This document shows, in pieces, positions 18,311 through 27,700 of a stretch of 64,000 bases of DNA. The stretch comes from an uncultured virus (IMG/VR IMGVR_UViG_3300006131_000009). Its lineage: Duplodnaviria; Heunggongvirae; Uroviricota; Caudoviricetes. The stretch lies in the IMG/VR virus record IMGVR_UViG_3300006131_000009, one strand, 5' to 3'. The notes below the pieces were generated by a model. It was not told the origin of the DNA, ran no database searches, and was given only the letters and a program-made list of their open reading frames with translations. The first letter of the stretch is position 1; each line of letters opens with the position of its first letter. The translations under genes and the position numbers were made by a program.

Positions 18311-18345
18311 GATGATTTTCTCGTTTTTATTAGCCATAAATGTTC

Positions 18346-18374
18346 TTGACAAAGAGACAAGAAAAAGCTATCCT
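18346..18374 (+). promoter_or_regulatory. promoter antisense to peptide 18404-18523
   Basis: TTGACA-17bp-TATCCT. Confidence 0.7.
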
Positions 18375-18403
18375 TTAAGCAAGGGGAGTTTCCTCCCCCC
18401 GCT

Positions 18404-18523
18404 TTACTCAATCAGGCGGCTGATAATATCTATCAGTGCTTTGATGAGGTTTAGGGCTGCGGTTGCAAGAAGTAACTTTTCGAGGGTTGGCTTCTTGTGG
18501 CCGCTTTTCTTTTCCCTGCTCAT
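18404..18523 (-). CDS. 39-aa type I toxin-like peptide MSREKKSGHKKPTLEKLLLATAALNLIKALIDIISRLIE
   Basis: GGGAGG RBS; paralogue of 17730-17849; downstream GGGGAG/CTCCCC hairpin. Confidence 0.7.
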   Translation of the reverse strand: MSREKKSGHKKPTLEKLLLATAALNLIKALIDIISRLIE

Positions 18524-18672
18524 TGCTTTAACCTCCCTTTTGTGTTATAATGTGGTATCTTTTGACCACGGTAAAATTATAGCTCGAATATTCGAGATTG
18601 TCAACGGCTCCGGCTCACATTTTGCTCGTATTTTCGAGATTTGGAGAATTGCACAAAAGGAACTAGGACATT

Positions 18673-18891
18673 ATGGCTAATATTGACAATTTGTTTGCCC
18701 GAATAAGTGAATTGAATCTCACCGCAAAAAAAGTGTCCGATGCAACTGGAATTTCTACTGGGAATCTCAGTGACTGGAAAAGTGGGCGCTGCTTACCATC
18801 GGCTGATAAGCTCGAAAAACTGGCCAATTTCCTTAATTGTTCCGTGGACTACCTCTTGGGCCGGACTGATAATCCTGAAGTAAATAAATGA
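18673..18891 (+). CDS. XRE HTH regulator (CSVDYLLGRTDNPEVNK family)
   Basis: HTH; upstream GCTCGwATwTTCGAGAT repeats at 18582 and 18624. Confidence 0.85.
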   Translation: MANIDNLFARISELNLTAKKVSDATGISTGNLSDWKSGRCLPSADKLEKLANFLNCSVDYLLGRTDNPEVNK

Positions 18892-18900
18892 GGTGCTAAT

Positions 18901-19104
18901 ATGGCTGACCCTATAAAGATTCAGGAATCGAAAGACAGATACTTAAAAGAAAAAGTCGACCGCTTTCAAGTAACCGTCCCCAAAGGTCAAAAAGCCATTA
19001 TCCAAGCATACGCCAAAGCGCAGGGTAAGAGTCTTAACGCCTATGTTGTCGGACTGATTGCAGATGATATGGGCCTGATCAATAACTCCAAAACTAATAA
19101 ATGA
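18901..19104 (+). CDS. Arc/RHH-like protein
   Basis: DRFQVTVPKGQKAIIQAYAKAQGKSLNAYV. Confidence 0.75.
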   Translation: MADPIKIQESKDRYLKEKVDRFQVTVPKGQKAIIQAYAKAQGKSLNAYVVGLIADDMGLINNSKTNK

Positions 19105-19239
19105 TGTTTTGTGCCGCGGAACTTCTAACTTCTCGTATCACAATTCTTCAAATTTTCATAGCAAATCCGAAAATCTGATACTATTTTTTACAAAATCAGT
19201 ACTGACTTGTGCCGCATGAAATTAGAAAGGGGTATACAA

Positions 19240-20115
19240 ATGAGGAAACAAAATCCTCCTAAATCTCCGTTTGCAAAATACACTGGTACTCTCGAACTTG
19301 GTGGCCGAGATGTAGATTGCTATGTACTTGATGATGAGCGTCGAGTCATAAGTATGCGAGCTACCGTTAAAGCAATAGCAAATGTTGTTACTGGAGATTT
19401 ATCCAAATATGTAGGTGTTCGTTCTTTGCAAACATATATTGATGCAGAAAAACTAATGCAGCAAATAGTTGAATTTGAAATTCCGGGAAATCCTGTTATT
19501 GCCAAAGGGATTACTGCAGAAACATTTTTGGATATTTGTTCAGCTTACGTAACTGCTTTTACATCCGGGGCTGATTTAACAGAGAAGCAACAAGGTATTG
19601 CAATTAATTGTTCAATTTTGCTTTCTGCCTGTGCCAAGACTGGTCTAATTGCTTTGATTGATGAGGCAACGGGTTATCAAGACTATCGAGAAGCTGATGC
19701 TTTGCAGGTGAAAATCAGAGCATTCATATCCGATGAACTCCGTGCTTGGGAGAAAACATTTCCAGATGAGCTGTGGGAAGAATTTGGAAGGCTTACAGGT
19801 TGGAGCGGTTCTTTGCAGCACCGTCCTAAATACTGGGGAAAACTTGTGCTTGAGTTAATCTACGATGCCCTTGATCCTGATATTGCGCAATATCTGAAAG
19901 AGAATAAACCTGCACCACGCTTTGGCCGAAATTATCATCAATGGTTCACCGAGGAATATGGAGTTAATCGTCTTGTAACGCATATTAACCAGATAACTGG
20001 TATAGCAAAGACCTGTACAACAATCGATGAACTACGCCACAAGGTTGCTCTTTACTATAAAAAAGATGAGGTTCAACTAGCCATTGGTGATAACAATCCT
20101 CAATATCGATTTTAA
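19240..20115 (+). CDS. P63C-domain protein
   Basis: DCYVLDD, GLIALIDEATGYQ, WEKTFPDE and NYHQWFT motifs. Confidence 0.85.
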   Translation: MRKQNPPKSPFAKYTGTLELGGRDVDCYVLDDERRVISMRATVKAIANVVTGDLSKYVGVRSLQTYIDAEKLMQQIVEFEIPGNPVIAKGITAETFLDICSAYVTAFTSGADLTEKQQGIAINCSILLSACAKTGLIALIDEATGYQDYREADALQVKIRAFISDELRAWEKTFPDELWEEFGRLTGWSGSLQHRPKYWGKLVLELIYDALDPDIAQYLKENKPAPRFGRNYHQWFTEEYGVNRLVTHINQITGIAKTCTTIDELRHKVALYYKKDEVQLAIGDNNPQYRF

Positions 20116-20137
20116 CTCTGGCTGCGCTCGCTGCTTC

Positions 20138-20203
20138 AATCAATTAGGCTGTTCTGTTGACTACCTCCTGGGCCGGACTGATAATCCAGAAGTAAATAAG
20201 TAA
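20138..20203 (+). pseudogene. orphan 3' remnant of an HTH gene (NQLGCSVDYLLGRTDNPEVNK*)
   Basis: Near-identical DNA to the 3' end of 18673-18891, with no start codon. Confidence 0.75.
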
Positions 20204-20263
20204 TTTAACGCCTAACGCCAAATAAAACAGCCTTTGTAGAAAGAAAGAAAAGGAAGTGTAATT

Positions 20264-21112
20264 ATGCGGCAACTTTTATCCTCTTCTGCAAATACTCAAA
20301 GTTGGAGCATCGACACAAAATTAACATTTGCTATGTTAATCGTTACAGTTCTATCTGTTTTCTGCGCGTTTCTAGCTTATCGCCATCAACGCAAAAGGGC
20401 AAAAAAAGAAGCGGCCTGTAATTTGGCCAAGTTTTATTCTCAAAAGGTTATTGACAAGTATTCTTTTATTACACAGACGATGCGCGTCGCTGGTTTAGAG
20501 GCAAAAGTAAAACAATGGTTTCCAATGGAGAACTTATCCTCTTTTAACATTGCCGAACTAGAAAGGTTATTAAACAATAAAAATATTCTTTTGTCAGATG
20601 TTGACAAAACTTTGCGAAAAATCGACCCTTTTGCAATCTTAAATGCAAAGATGTCCGGGTGTACTTCTGTTTTAGAACGCGATTTACTGTGGTCGGCCCA
20701 TGTTACTCGTTCTAAAGACGATGAAGAGTATATTATTCAAAATGGTATTTACCTACAACAGGATTTCTTGAGTGAAATATCAAACTTGTTAAATGATTTA
20801 GAGTGGTTTGCAATGAACTGTCAATATCGTTTAGCTGATGAAAAAATTATTTATCAGTCTTTGCATCAATCCTTCCTTTCAGTTATTTGGCTATTATACT
20901 ACTATATTGCAAAATGCAACACACAATCTCCTGGTGATAAATACTACACTAACATCATTGGATTGTTTAACGCTTGGACAAAACGGTTAGTTAAAATTCG
21001 TAAAAAAAGTGAACAAAAGAAACAGCGTGCACAAAAGAAAATAATAAATGCCAAGAATAAACTAGATAAAGTAAAATCTGATGAGGCATCATATAATGGT
21101 AGTAAACTTTAG
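20264..21112 (+). CDS. membrane-anchored cargo protein (DUF4760-like)
   Basis: N-terminal TM helix; LLNDLEWFAM...ADEKIIYQSLH...YYTNIIGLF; low GC. Confidence 0.6.
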   Translation: MRQLLSSSANTQSWSIDTKLTFAMLIVTVLSVFCAFLAYRHQRKRAKKEAACNLAKFYSQKVIDKYSFITQTMRVAGLEAKVKQWFPMENLSSFNIAELERLLNNKNILLSDVDKTLRKIDPFAILNAKMSGCTSVLERDLLWSAHVTRSKDDEEYIIQNGIYLQQDFLSEISNLLNDLEWFAMNCQYRLADEKIIYQSLHQSFLSVIWLLYYYIAKCNTQSPGDKYYTNIIGLFNAWTKRLVKIRKKSEQKKQRAQKKIINAKNKLDKVKSDEASYNGSKL

Positions 21113-21210
21113 AATGTAAAAAGCATTGACTTTATTCAATATAGTTGGTATGATACTTTTAGAATAGATTAGAATAAACTGTAATGGCTTCTATTAAGGG
21201 AGGTATTTTT

Positions 21211-21294
21211 ATGTGGTCACAAACGCTTGAAGTCTTGAATCCTTATGACGCCATTGTGAATCGTCCAGATAGCAGCGGTAAAGAAGATAAATAA
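21211..21294 (+). CDS. 27-aa peptide MWSQTLEVLNPYDAIVNRPDSSGKEDK
   Basis: Own promoter TTGACT-17-TATGAT (21126-21154), GGGAGG RBS, downstream terminator. Confidence 0.5.
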   Translation: MWSQTLEVLNPYDAIVNRPDSSGKEDK

Positions 21295-21310
21295 GTGTCT
21301 TTGAAATAAT

Positions 21311-21348
21311 AAAAAGCCGGAGAGGAATAAACCTCTCCGGCAATTTTT
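21311..21348. terminator. bidirectional intrinsic terminator
   Basis: GCCGGAGAGG/CCTCTCCGGC stem. Confidence 0.85.
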
Positions 21349-22035
21349 CTATCTTTGAGATCGGTGCAGCATCGCTGCCATCTCTTCCCTTGTCACAAAA
21401 GACTTATAGCGTTTAGCTCCATTGGCATCGCCCTGGATAATCCCATTGGCCTCCGCCCAGTCTCGGTCCTCCTTGGACCATGCAAACGGTGCCAGCTTTG
21501 CCTTCTGTGCCAGCCATGTATCCATCATGGCATTAAACTTTTCTTGCGTCATATCGTCCTCTAACTCCTCCTTGAACGCTTTCCAGGCCCTTTCGTTCTC
21601 TACAAAGGGTGCTGGGCAGTTCTTCCCTGTCACATCATAATGGCGAACGATGTTCTCTACCGGGACTCTGTACTGCTCCATCAGCTTCTTTACAAGCCGG
21701 ACAGCATTTTCTACTGTTTCAGGCAGGAAATAATACTTGCCGTTGTCGTCTTTCCGGCTGCATAGCTCAATACCAAGGGAATTGCCGTTGCGGCAAGATG
21801 GATGCTTGTAGTTTGTAGCGCCGCAGTGCCAGGCTGTGTCTCCATCAGGTACCGACTGCTCCCAGCCTCTTTCATCTACAAAATAGTGGGCTGAAGCTGA
21901 CAGGTTTGCATTGTTATGAAAATAGCTGCAGTTGCCTTTGGCCGTATCCCCATTGTTGGCTGTGTAATGAATCACAATATAGGAAATCGCTGCAGATCTG
22001 CCTTTCTGATAATTGCTCTTATGGCATAGAATCAT
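21349..22035 (-). CDS. N-acetylmuramoyl-L-alanine amidase (endolysin), copy 1
   Basis: IVIHYTA, SAHYFVD, AWHCG, SLGIELC and HYDVTGKNCP motifs. Confidence 0.95.
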   Translation of the reverse strand: MILCHKSNYQKGRSAAISYIVIHYTANNGDTAKGNCSYFHNNANLSASAHYFVDERGWEQSVPDGDTAWHCGATNYKHPSCRNGNSLGIELCSRKDDNGKYYFLPETVENAVRLVKKLMEQYRVPVENIVRHYDVTGKNCPAPFVENERAWKAFKEELEDDMTQEKFNAMMDTWLAQKAKLAPFAWSKEDRDWAEANGIIQGDANGAKRYKSFVTREEMAAMLHRSQR

Positions 22036-22286
22036 TATTTTCTCTCGCCCTCTCTGCTGGCCTGTGTACCAAAATAAAAGGAAATGATGACGGTAAATAC
22101 GGTCAGAAATTCCTGGCCGGAAACTCCCTCTGTAAGCGTCAGAACGGCAAATACAACCGTTAGGACCAATGTCACAAGGCTTTTCACCGTCAATAACTTT
22201 GATAGTCTCTCTTTCATTTGTATGTACTCCTTATTGTCCTTGCAAGTCCGCTTCATTTCCGCCTCCGCGATATGTTTAGCCAGCAA
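22035..22286 (-). CDS. holin-like protein, copy 1
   Basis: Two TM helices; FYFGTQ motif. Confidence 0.8.
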   Translation of the reverse strand: MLAKHIAEAEMKRTCKDNKEYIQMKERLSKLLTVKSLVTLVLTVVFAVLTLTEGVSGQEFLTVFTVIISFYFGTQASREGERK

Positions 22287-22488
22287 AATATGCCTCGTAG
22301 TTTTCGCCGCCCAGGTCTGCTAAAAAGGTCTTAAACTCCATGGCCTCTTTGCCCCAGTCTTCAAAGCCCTGATCCTGGGCCAAGATGGAGACGGCCGTGT
22401 CAATGTCTACATTTCTTTCCTTGCTAATCTTCGCCAGCTCTTTTCTCATAGTATGGAATCGGTTGTTCTTTAGTTCTTTCATGTTCAT
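22276..22488 (-). CDS. hypothetical protein in lysis cassette, copy 1
   Basis: Identical protein at 57730-57942. Confidence 0.7.
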   Translation of the reverse strand: MNMKELKNNRFHTMRKELAKISKERNVDIDTAVSILAQDQGFEDWGKEAMEFKTFLADLGGENYEAYFAG

Positions 22489-22724
22489 TCTCCTTTTTCT
22501 AAATCATCTAACCTGTGGTTGGCCACCTTGATCTTTTCCTCCAAAAGAGCCTCCCGTTCTTCCAGCTTGTATGTCCTCTCTACCACCTTGTTGTGCTTGT
22601 CCACCCGCTTTTCCAGCTCCTCCAGCCGATAGGCAATGATCGCCGCACTCTTCCGGTTGGCCAGGTACGCTCCCAAGAGCGTACCCGCCAAGCTCAACAC
22701 TGCCACAATGATGCTCTCTGTCAT
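22485..22724 (-). CDS. holin-like membrane protein (phage B)
   Basis: TM helix plus YRLEELEKRVDKHN coiled coil. Confidence 0.75.
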   Translation of the reverse strand: MTESIIVAVLSLAGTLLGAYLANRKSAAIIAYRLEELEKRVDKHNKVVERTYKLEEREALLEEKIKVANHRLDDLEKGE

Positions 22725-22936
22725 GGTGCCGCCAGCTCCGTTTCAGCCGTCTCTGCCGCAGCTGCCATAGCCGCCTCGTATTCCTCCACGGCCGCCTCCC
22801 GCCAGTTTTCCTGACTGTCGCCGACACCCAGATATACTACCGTCCCCCAACTTTCGCCGTTTGTCAGCATCTTTCCCTTTTCTGCCTCCAGCTTTGTAAG
22901 TGTTATCTCTTTTGTCGTCATAGCGTCAATGTCCAC
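22721..22936 (-). CDS. small tail-associated protein
   Basis: LEAEKGKMLTNGE...VYLGVGDS..NWRE. Confidence 0.65.
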   Translation of the reverse strand: MDIDAMTTKEITLTKLEAEKGKMLTNGESWGTVVYLGVGDSQENWREAAVEEYEAAMAAAAETAETELAAP

Positions 22937-24771
22937 CCCTTTCCTGTTGCAATCGCCTTCTCCGCATCTGTCAGCTCTGAAACTCCCGGATTTCCCGTCA
23001 GTGTAATAGCCTTGCTGCTCGTGATAGTCGGCAGACTGTTAAAAAACTCCACCAACGCCGTATGCCCCAGGGAGCAATCTTTGAGTGAAATCGCGCATCC
23101 AGTCCATCCTGTCACCGTAGGGTCTAATTTCAAAGAAATAAGGCTGTTGGAATATTGGAGTATGTTGCTCATAGTTGTTACCTTGCTTGTATTCAGCTGC
23201 GGTATCTTCATAAGAGAATCACAACCGTAGAACATCCTGGTCATGTTCGTTACTTTGCTTGTGTCTATCGGCGGTATTTCCTCAATTAGTTGACAACCGC
23301 TAAACGCGTAGCCCATATTCGTTACTTTACTTGTGTCCAACTGCGGTATCTTCTTAAGTAAATAGCAATCACTGAATGTATAGTTCATAGTCGTTACATT
23401 GCCTGTATCTATGTCTGGTATATCCGTGAGAGAAACGCAATAGTAGAACATTTCGCTCATATTGGTTGTATTACTCGTGTCCAACAGTGGTATCTCCTTG
23501 AGAGAATAACAGCCGTAGAACATTCTGCTCATATTCGTTACTTTGCTTGTATCCATTTGCGGTATCTCTGTGAGAGAATTGCAATTATAGAACATTTCCT
23601 GCATATTTGTCACACTGCTCGTGTTCATCTGTGGTATCTTCATAAGGGAAGAACAGTTGTAAAACATCCTATACATGTTCGTTGCCTTGCTTGTATCCAT
23701 TTGCGGGATCGCCGTAAGAGAATTGCAATTATAGAACATTTCCTCCATATATTTTGCGCTGCTTGTATCTAACTCCGGAATCTTTTTGAGAGAATAGCAG
23801 TTTTTGAACATATCCGACATGTTTGTTGCCTTGCTTGTGTCCATCTGTGGTACTTTCGTGAGAGAATAACAGTTTATAAAGATTCCCCTTATATCCAACA
23901 CACTACTCGTGTCCAGTTGTGGCATCACAGCAAGGCTGATGCAATTTGCAAACATATACATCATATCTTTTATTCCTGTAGTCTTTAGCTGTGGTATCGC
24001 AACAATACTTTTACAATAATTAAACATATTTGCCGCATACAGCACATTGCCAATTTCCAGCACCGGTATGGTAATAAGGTTTTCGCAGTATGAAAACATT
24101 TCGCTTGCTTCCCCGCTTATCTTTGCTGCATATACTGAACAAAATTTTAATTTTGACAAGGAATAACCCGCGCCGCCACCATGCATCATCTTGAAAGTAC
24201 CGTTTGGCAGATTGTAGGACACTTCTACAATATTCCATGAAACAAAATTAAAAGGACTTGTTTTTTTACTATGTGTTGCCTGTTTGAAATTTGTAATAGT
24301 ACTGCCACTCACCTTGATCATGCACTGGGCCATGCCATTGCTTGTCACATGTCCCCAGTCTGACGCTGCCAGTTCTGCCTCGTAGGTAGTCCCGCTGGTC
24401 ACGCTGGTTTCACTGATCGGTGAAAACGCGCCATTTGCCATCGTCCCCAGCTCCACCTTGTAGTTTCCTGTACACGTCGCTGTAAATGCAATCAGGCTAG
24501 TCACGCCTACCACTGGGATGTGAAACAGCAGATATACCTCGTCCGCCTCCGGCACCGGCATGGGCAGCCAGTCCTTGGGCCTCCGCTCTGCATACACCTG
24601 CTTCGGGTCCAATGGCTCCGCTACTGTCCCGCCACCGCTGCCACCCATCTCAATGGCCTCAATAGCCGCCGCCATCTGTCCCGGTTTGTAGGTATCTGTC
24701 CCGCCGGTCTTTTTTCGGATCGCGTTGGCAATGGCCTGCAAGCTGCTATTTTCTACAAATACATCGGCCAT
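22918..24771 (-). CDS. BspA/DUF285-like repeat protein (putative receptor-binding or tail protein)
   Basis: Many ~24-aa IPQMDTSKVTNMxxMFYxCxSL repeats; start taken at MADVFVEN. Confidence 0.85.
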   Translation of the reverse strand: MADVFVENSSLQAIANAIRKKTGGTDTYKPGQMAAAIEAIEMGGSGGGTVAEPLDPKQVYAERRPKDWLPMPVPEADEVYLLFHIPVVGVTSLIAFTATCTGNYKVELGTMANGAFSPISETSVTSGTTYEAELAASDWGHVTSNGMAQCMIKVSGSTITNFKQATHSKKTSPFNFVSWNIVEVSYNLPNGTFKMMHGGGAGYSLSKLKFCSVYAAKISGEASEMFSYCENLITIPVLEIGNVLYAANMFNYCKSIVAIPQLKTTGIKDMMYMFANCISLAVMPQLDTSSVLDIRGIFINCYSLTKVPQMDTSKATNMSDMFKNCYSLKKIPELDTSSAKYMEEMFYNCNSLTAIPQMDTSKATNMYRMFYNCSSLMKIPQMNTSSVTNMQEMFYNCNSLTEIPQMDTSKVTNMSRMFYGCYSLKEIPLLDTSNTTNMSEMFYYCVSLTDIPDIDTGNVTTMNYTFSDCYLLKKIPQLDTSKVTNMGYAFSGCQLIEEIPPIDTSKVTNMTRMFYGCDSLMKIPQLNTSKVTTMSNILQYSNSLISLKLDPTVTGWTGCAISLKDCSLGHTALVEFFNSLPTITSSKAITLTGNPGVSELTDAEKAIATGKGWTLTL

Positions 24772-27700
24772 CAGTAGCTCACCTCGTTTCCGTCTGTTAC
24801 GCTCACCCATTGGACGTCATAGTCTGCGGCGGTTGCCTTTTGTAAAAACTGCCCTGCCGTACCGCCCGCCGGTAGTCTGCCTGTATCCACATACTGCTTC
24901 GTCGTCAGGTCGTTGTCATTCTCTACTGCCGCCGGCGCCTCTGCCGTGCCAACACTGACCTTGCCGGCGTACCACGCATTGCCGCTCCAATCTAAAGTGT
25001 GGGCATTGGACCGGCTTGTGTCGCTGTCTCCGTTTCCAACGATAAACAGGTGGCCTTCTCCCCAGTCTGCCGCTGGCTCTTCAATATTCTCTGCACCACA
25101 TACAAACTGATAATCATGGGCTATCGTTCCGGCTCCGAAAGCCAAAGCACCATAGCCGATTGCTGCAGATGTTTCTCCAATCGCGATTGCCGCATCGCCA
25201 TTGGCCACTGCACCCGCTCCGAGAGCGATGGCCCCATAGCCGGCGGCGCTGTTGGTATCCCCCATAGCGATTGCTCCGGTCCCATTGGCCGTGTTTTGGG
25301 TTCCAATCGCAACCGAATAGTTTCCCGCTGCAGCGTTAAACCTGCCGGCTGCTAGCGTTGCATTTCCTGTCGCCGTGTTGCGATCGCCAAGACACAAATT
25401 GCCGTTGGTGTCGCCTTTCATCGCGTAGGCATATGCCGGTTTACTCCCAACATCTGATACTTTGATGATCTTTTTATTGTCGGGGTCTATTTCCGTCACC
25501 AATGCGGCGGTCAGTTTGTCGGTAGTGGTAACATTATGCTCCAAAATGATCTCGTCGCCCACATTGACCCGCAGCGTCGCCTTTTCCAGCGTCAGGGTAT
25601 TGGTCTGTTTATCAAATGACAACACCTTCACTTTGGTGCTATATCCCGCCAGATTGTTGTTCCCCATCGCCAAGCTGGAATGGCCCACAAAATTATTATC
25701 TCTGCCAATATCTACGCCGTTTGTGAAGTTAGGCTGTGTCACAGCCGCCGCGCTACCATCTTCGCCAATCATCACCGTCTGGCCCGCCTCACCGGTCAGC
25801 TTTTTCTGTAAAATGCCTGCGTGCGCATCTTGGCTTTCGTTATGAGCTGCCACTGCCGATGACGCCAAATTGTCCACATACTGCTTCGTCGTCAGGTCGT
25901 TGTCATTCTCTACTGCAGCTGGACTTTCCGTCGTGCCAGCACTGACCTTTCCTGCATACCATGCGTTGCCGTTCCAATCTAAAGTGTGGGCATCGGACCT
26001 TGACTGTAGTGTTCCATTCCCAACGATATGTGCATAAGTCCCGGACTTGTCAGATACATTAAACATTCCCTGCACATGTTGACATAATCCGTAGGCAGTA
26101 GTGCCTTGTCCCTCTGCGTGGGAAGCTCCGCCGCTTGCTTCACTCCATTCACCCTCTGCATGGGAACTGTTCCCGCTGGCTGTCGTTTGATAGCCTTCTG
26201 CATGGGAATAATCGCCGCTTGCAGTTGTTCTTTGTCCTTCGGCATGAGATTGATCTCCATTTGCCATAGTATCAAAGCCTTCAGCATGGGATTCACTTCC
26301 GTCAGCCATTGTGCCTAACCCCTCGGCATGGGAATTTCCACCACTTGCTGTTGTGCTTTGACCCTCTGCGTGAGAGTATTCTCCACTGGCTACATTCCCT
26401 GCCACCGCTTCTATGTTGTTTTCATAAAACTCTCTCTGCCGATAATCGTTAAAAATCTCTGCACCCTCGCCCGCTGTAACTATTGTACCGAGCGTGGGTT
26501 CTACGCTCTGTCCCGCTATCGACTGGCCGACGCGGGAAACTTCCAGCTCCGCAATAGACGCCTCCAAACTCTGGTCTTTCTCTGTTAATGCATCTATCTC
26601 TACTTTCGTGGCCAATGTTCCCGCCAAGTTATCCACATATTGTTTCGTTGTCAAATCGTTGGTATTTTCAACCAATGCCGGCGCCTCTGCCGTACCGGCG
26701 CTAACCTTCCCGGCATACCATGCGTTACCGTCCCAGTCCAGCGTGTGAGCGTTAGATCGCTCTGTGTCACTATTACCGTTTCCGACAATGTGGGCATAGT
26801 TTCCACGCACATGTCCAGACAAACTTGCGTCCTGCGGTTCATAGCCATCTGCAATATTGTATTCGCCTTGTACATGCTGCGCCCGCCAAAAAGCCTGTGT
26901 GCCAACCCCTTCAGCGTGGGAGAAATCTCCACCTGCCCGCAAGTAAATGTCTGGCTGTATTTCGCCCATACAACCGCCTTCTGCGTGAGCAGCAAACCCG
27001 TCAGCTATTACACAACACCCTTCTGCATGGGAGTAATTTCCATTCGCTGTAGTAAAATACCCTTCTGCATGTCCAGCATCTCCACTTGCCCATGTCTGCT
27101 GTCCCTCTGCATGGGAGTAGTTCCCACTTGCTATTGTATTCAGCCCTTCTGCATGGGCAGCATATGAATTGACACTTGTATGGCTTCCTTCTGCATGAGA
27201 GGCCTCACCCCAGGCACTCGTTCCAACGCCTTCTGCATGAGCGCCATCACATGAATAAGAATAGGACCCAGCTACTGTTTCTTTCCCCTCTGCATGAGAA
27301 CCGTCTGACAATGCGCGTGTTTCAATTCCTTCTGCATGGCCGCCCTCTTTTCGAGCTGCGGTGCCACTTCCTTCTGTATGGGAATAATTCCCGATGGCCG
27401 TCGTCCTAGACCCTTCTGCATGGGAGTGTACTCCACTTGCAACATTTCCACTATGCGCTGCGCCCGTGTTAAGATACGTCCGTTCCGTATAGTCGTTAAA
27501 AATTTCTGCGCCTTCTCCAGCAGTAATCATCGTACCGGATGTAGGCTCTACGCTCTTTCCCGCCATGGACCGACCAACGCCAATAGTTTTTGTCTCTTCT
27601 AAAACTGCCTCTGCCCCAGCTTGGGCCTTTTGCGCAGCAGACTTCGCTATTTCTGCCCCTACCTGTGCCGCCTGGGCTAGTTCCGCGCTTTCCGCCGCCT

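Larger units (their letters stand above)
1..21376. mobile_element. Phage A (siphovirus-like temperate phage), left part: HNH, replication, lysogeny, integrase and cargo modules
   Basis: Contiguous phage early and lysogeny genes with a serine integrase; no host housekeeping genes seen. Confidence 0.9.
21377..22498. repeat. lysis-cassette direct repeat, copy 1 (partner 56831-57952)
   Basis: Near-identical sequence at a constant offset of 35,454 bp. Confidence 0.95.

Noticed and set aside
18309..18680. 123-aa plus-strand ORF
   Set aside because: Antisense to the 39-aa peptide and runs across promoter and operator DNA; better explained as non-coding.
22918..24100. Repeats as a DGR template/variable pair
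   Set aside because: No reverse transcriptase in the window; these are ordinary in-frame protein repeats.
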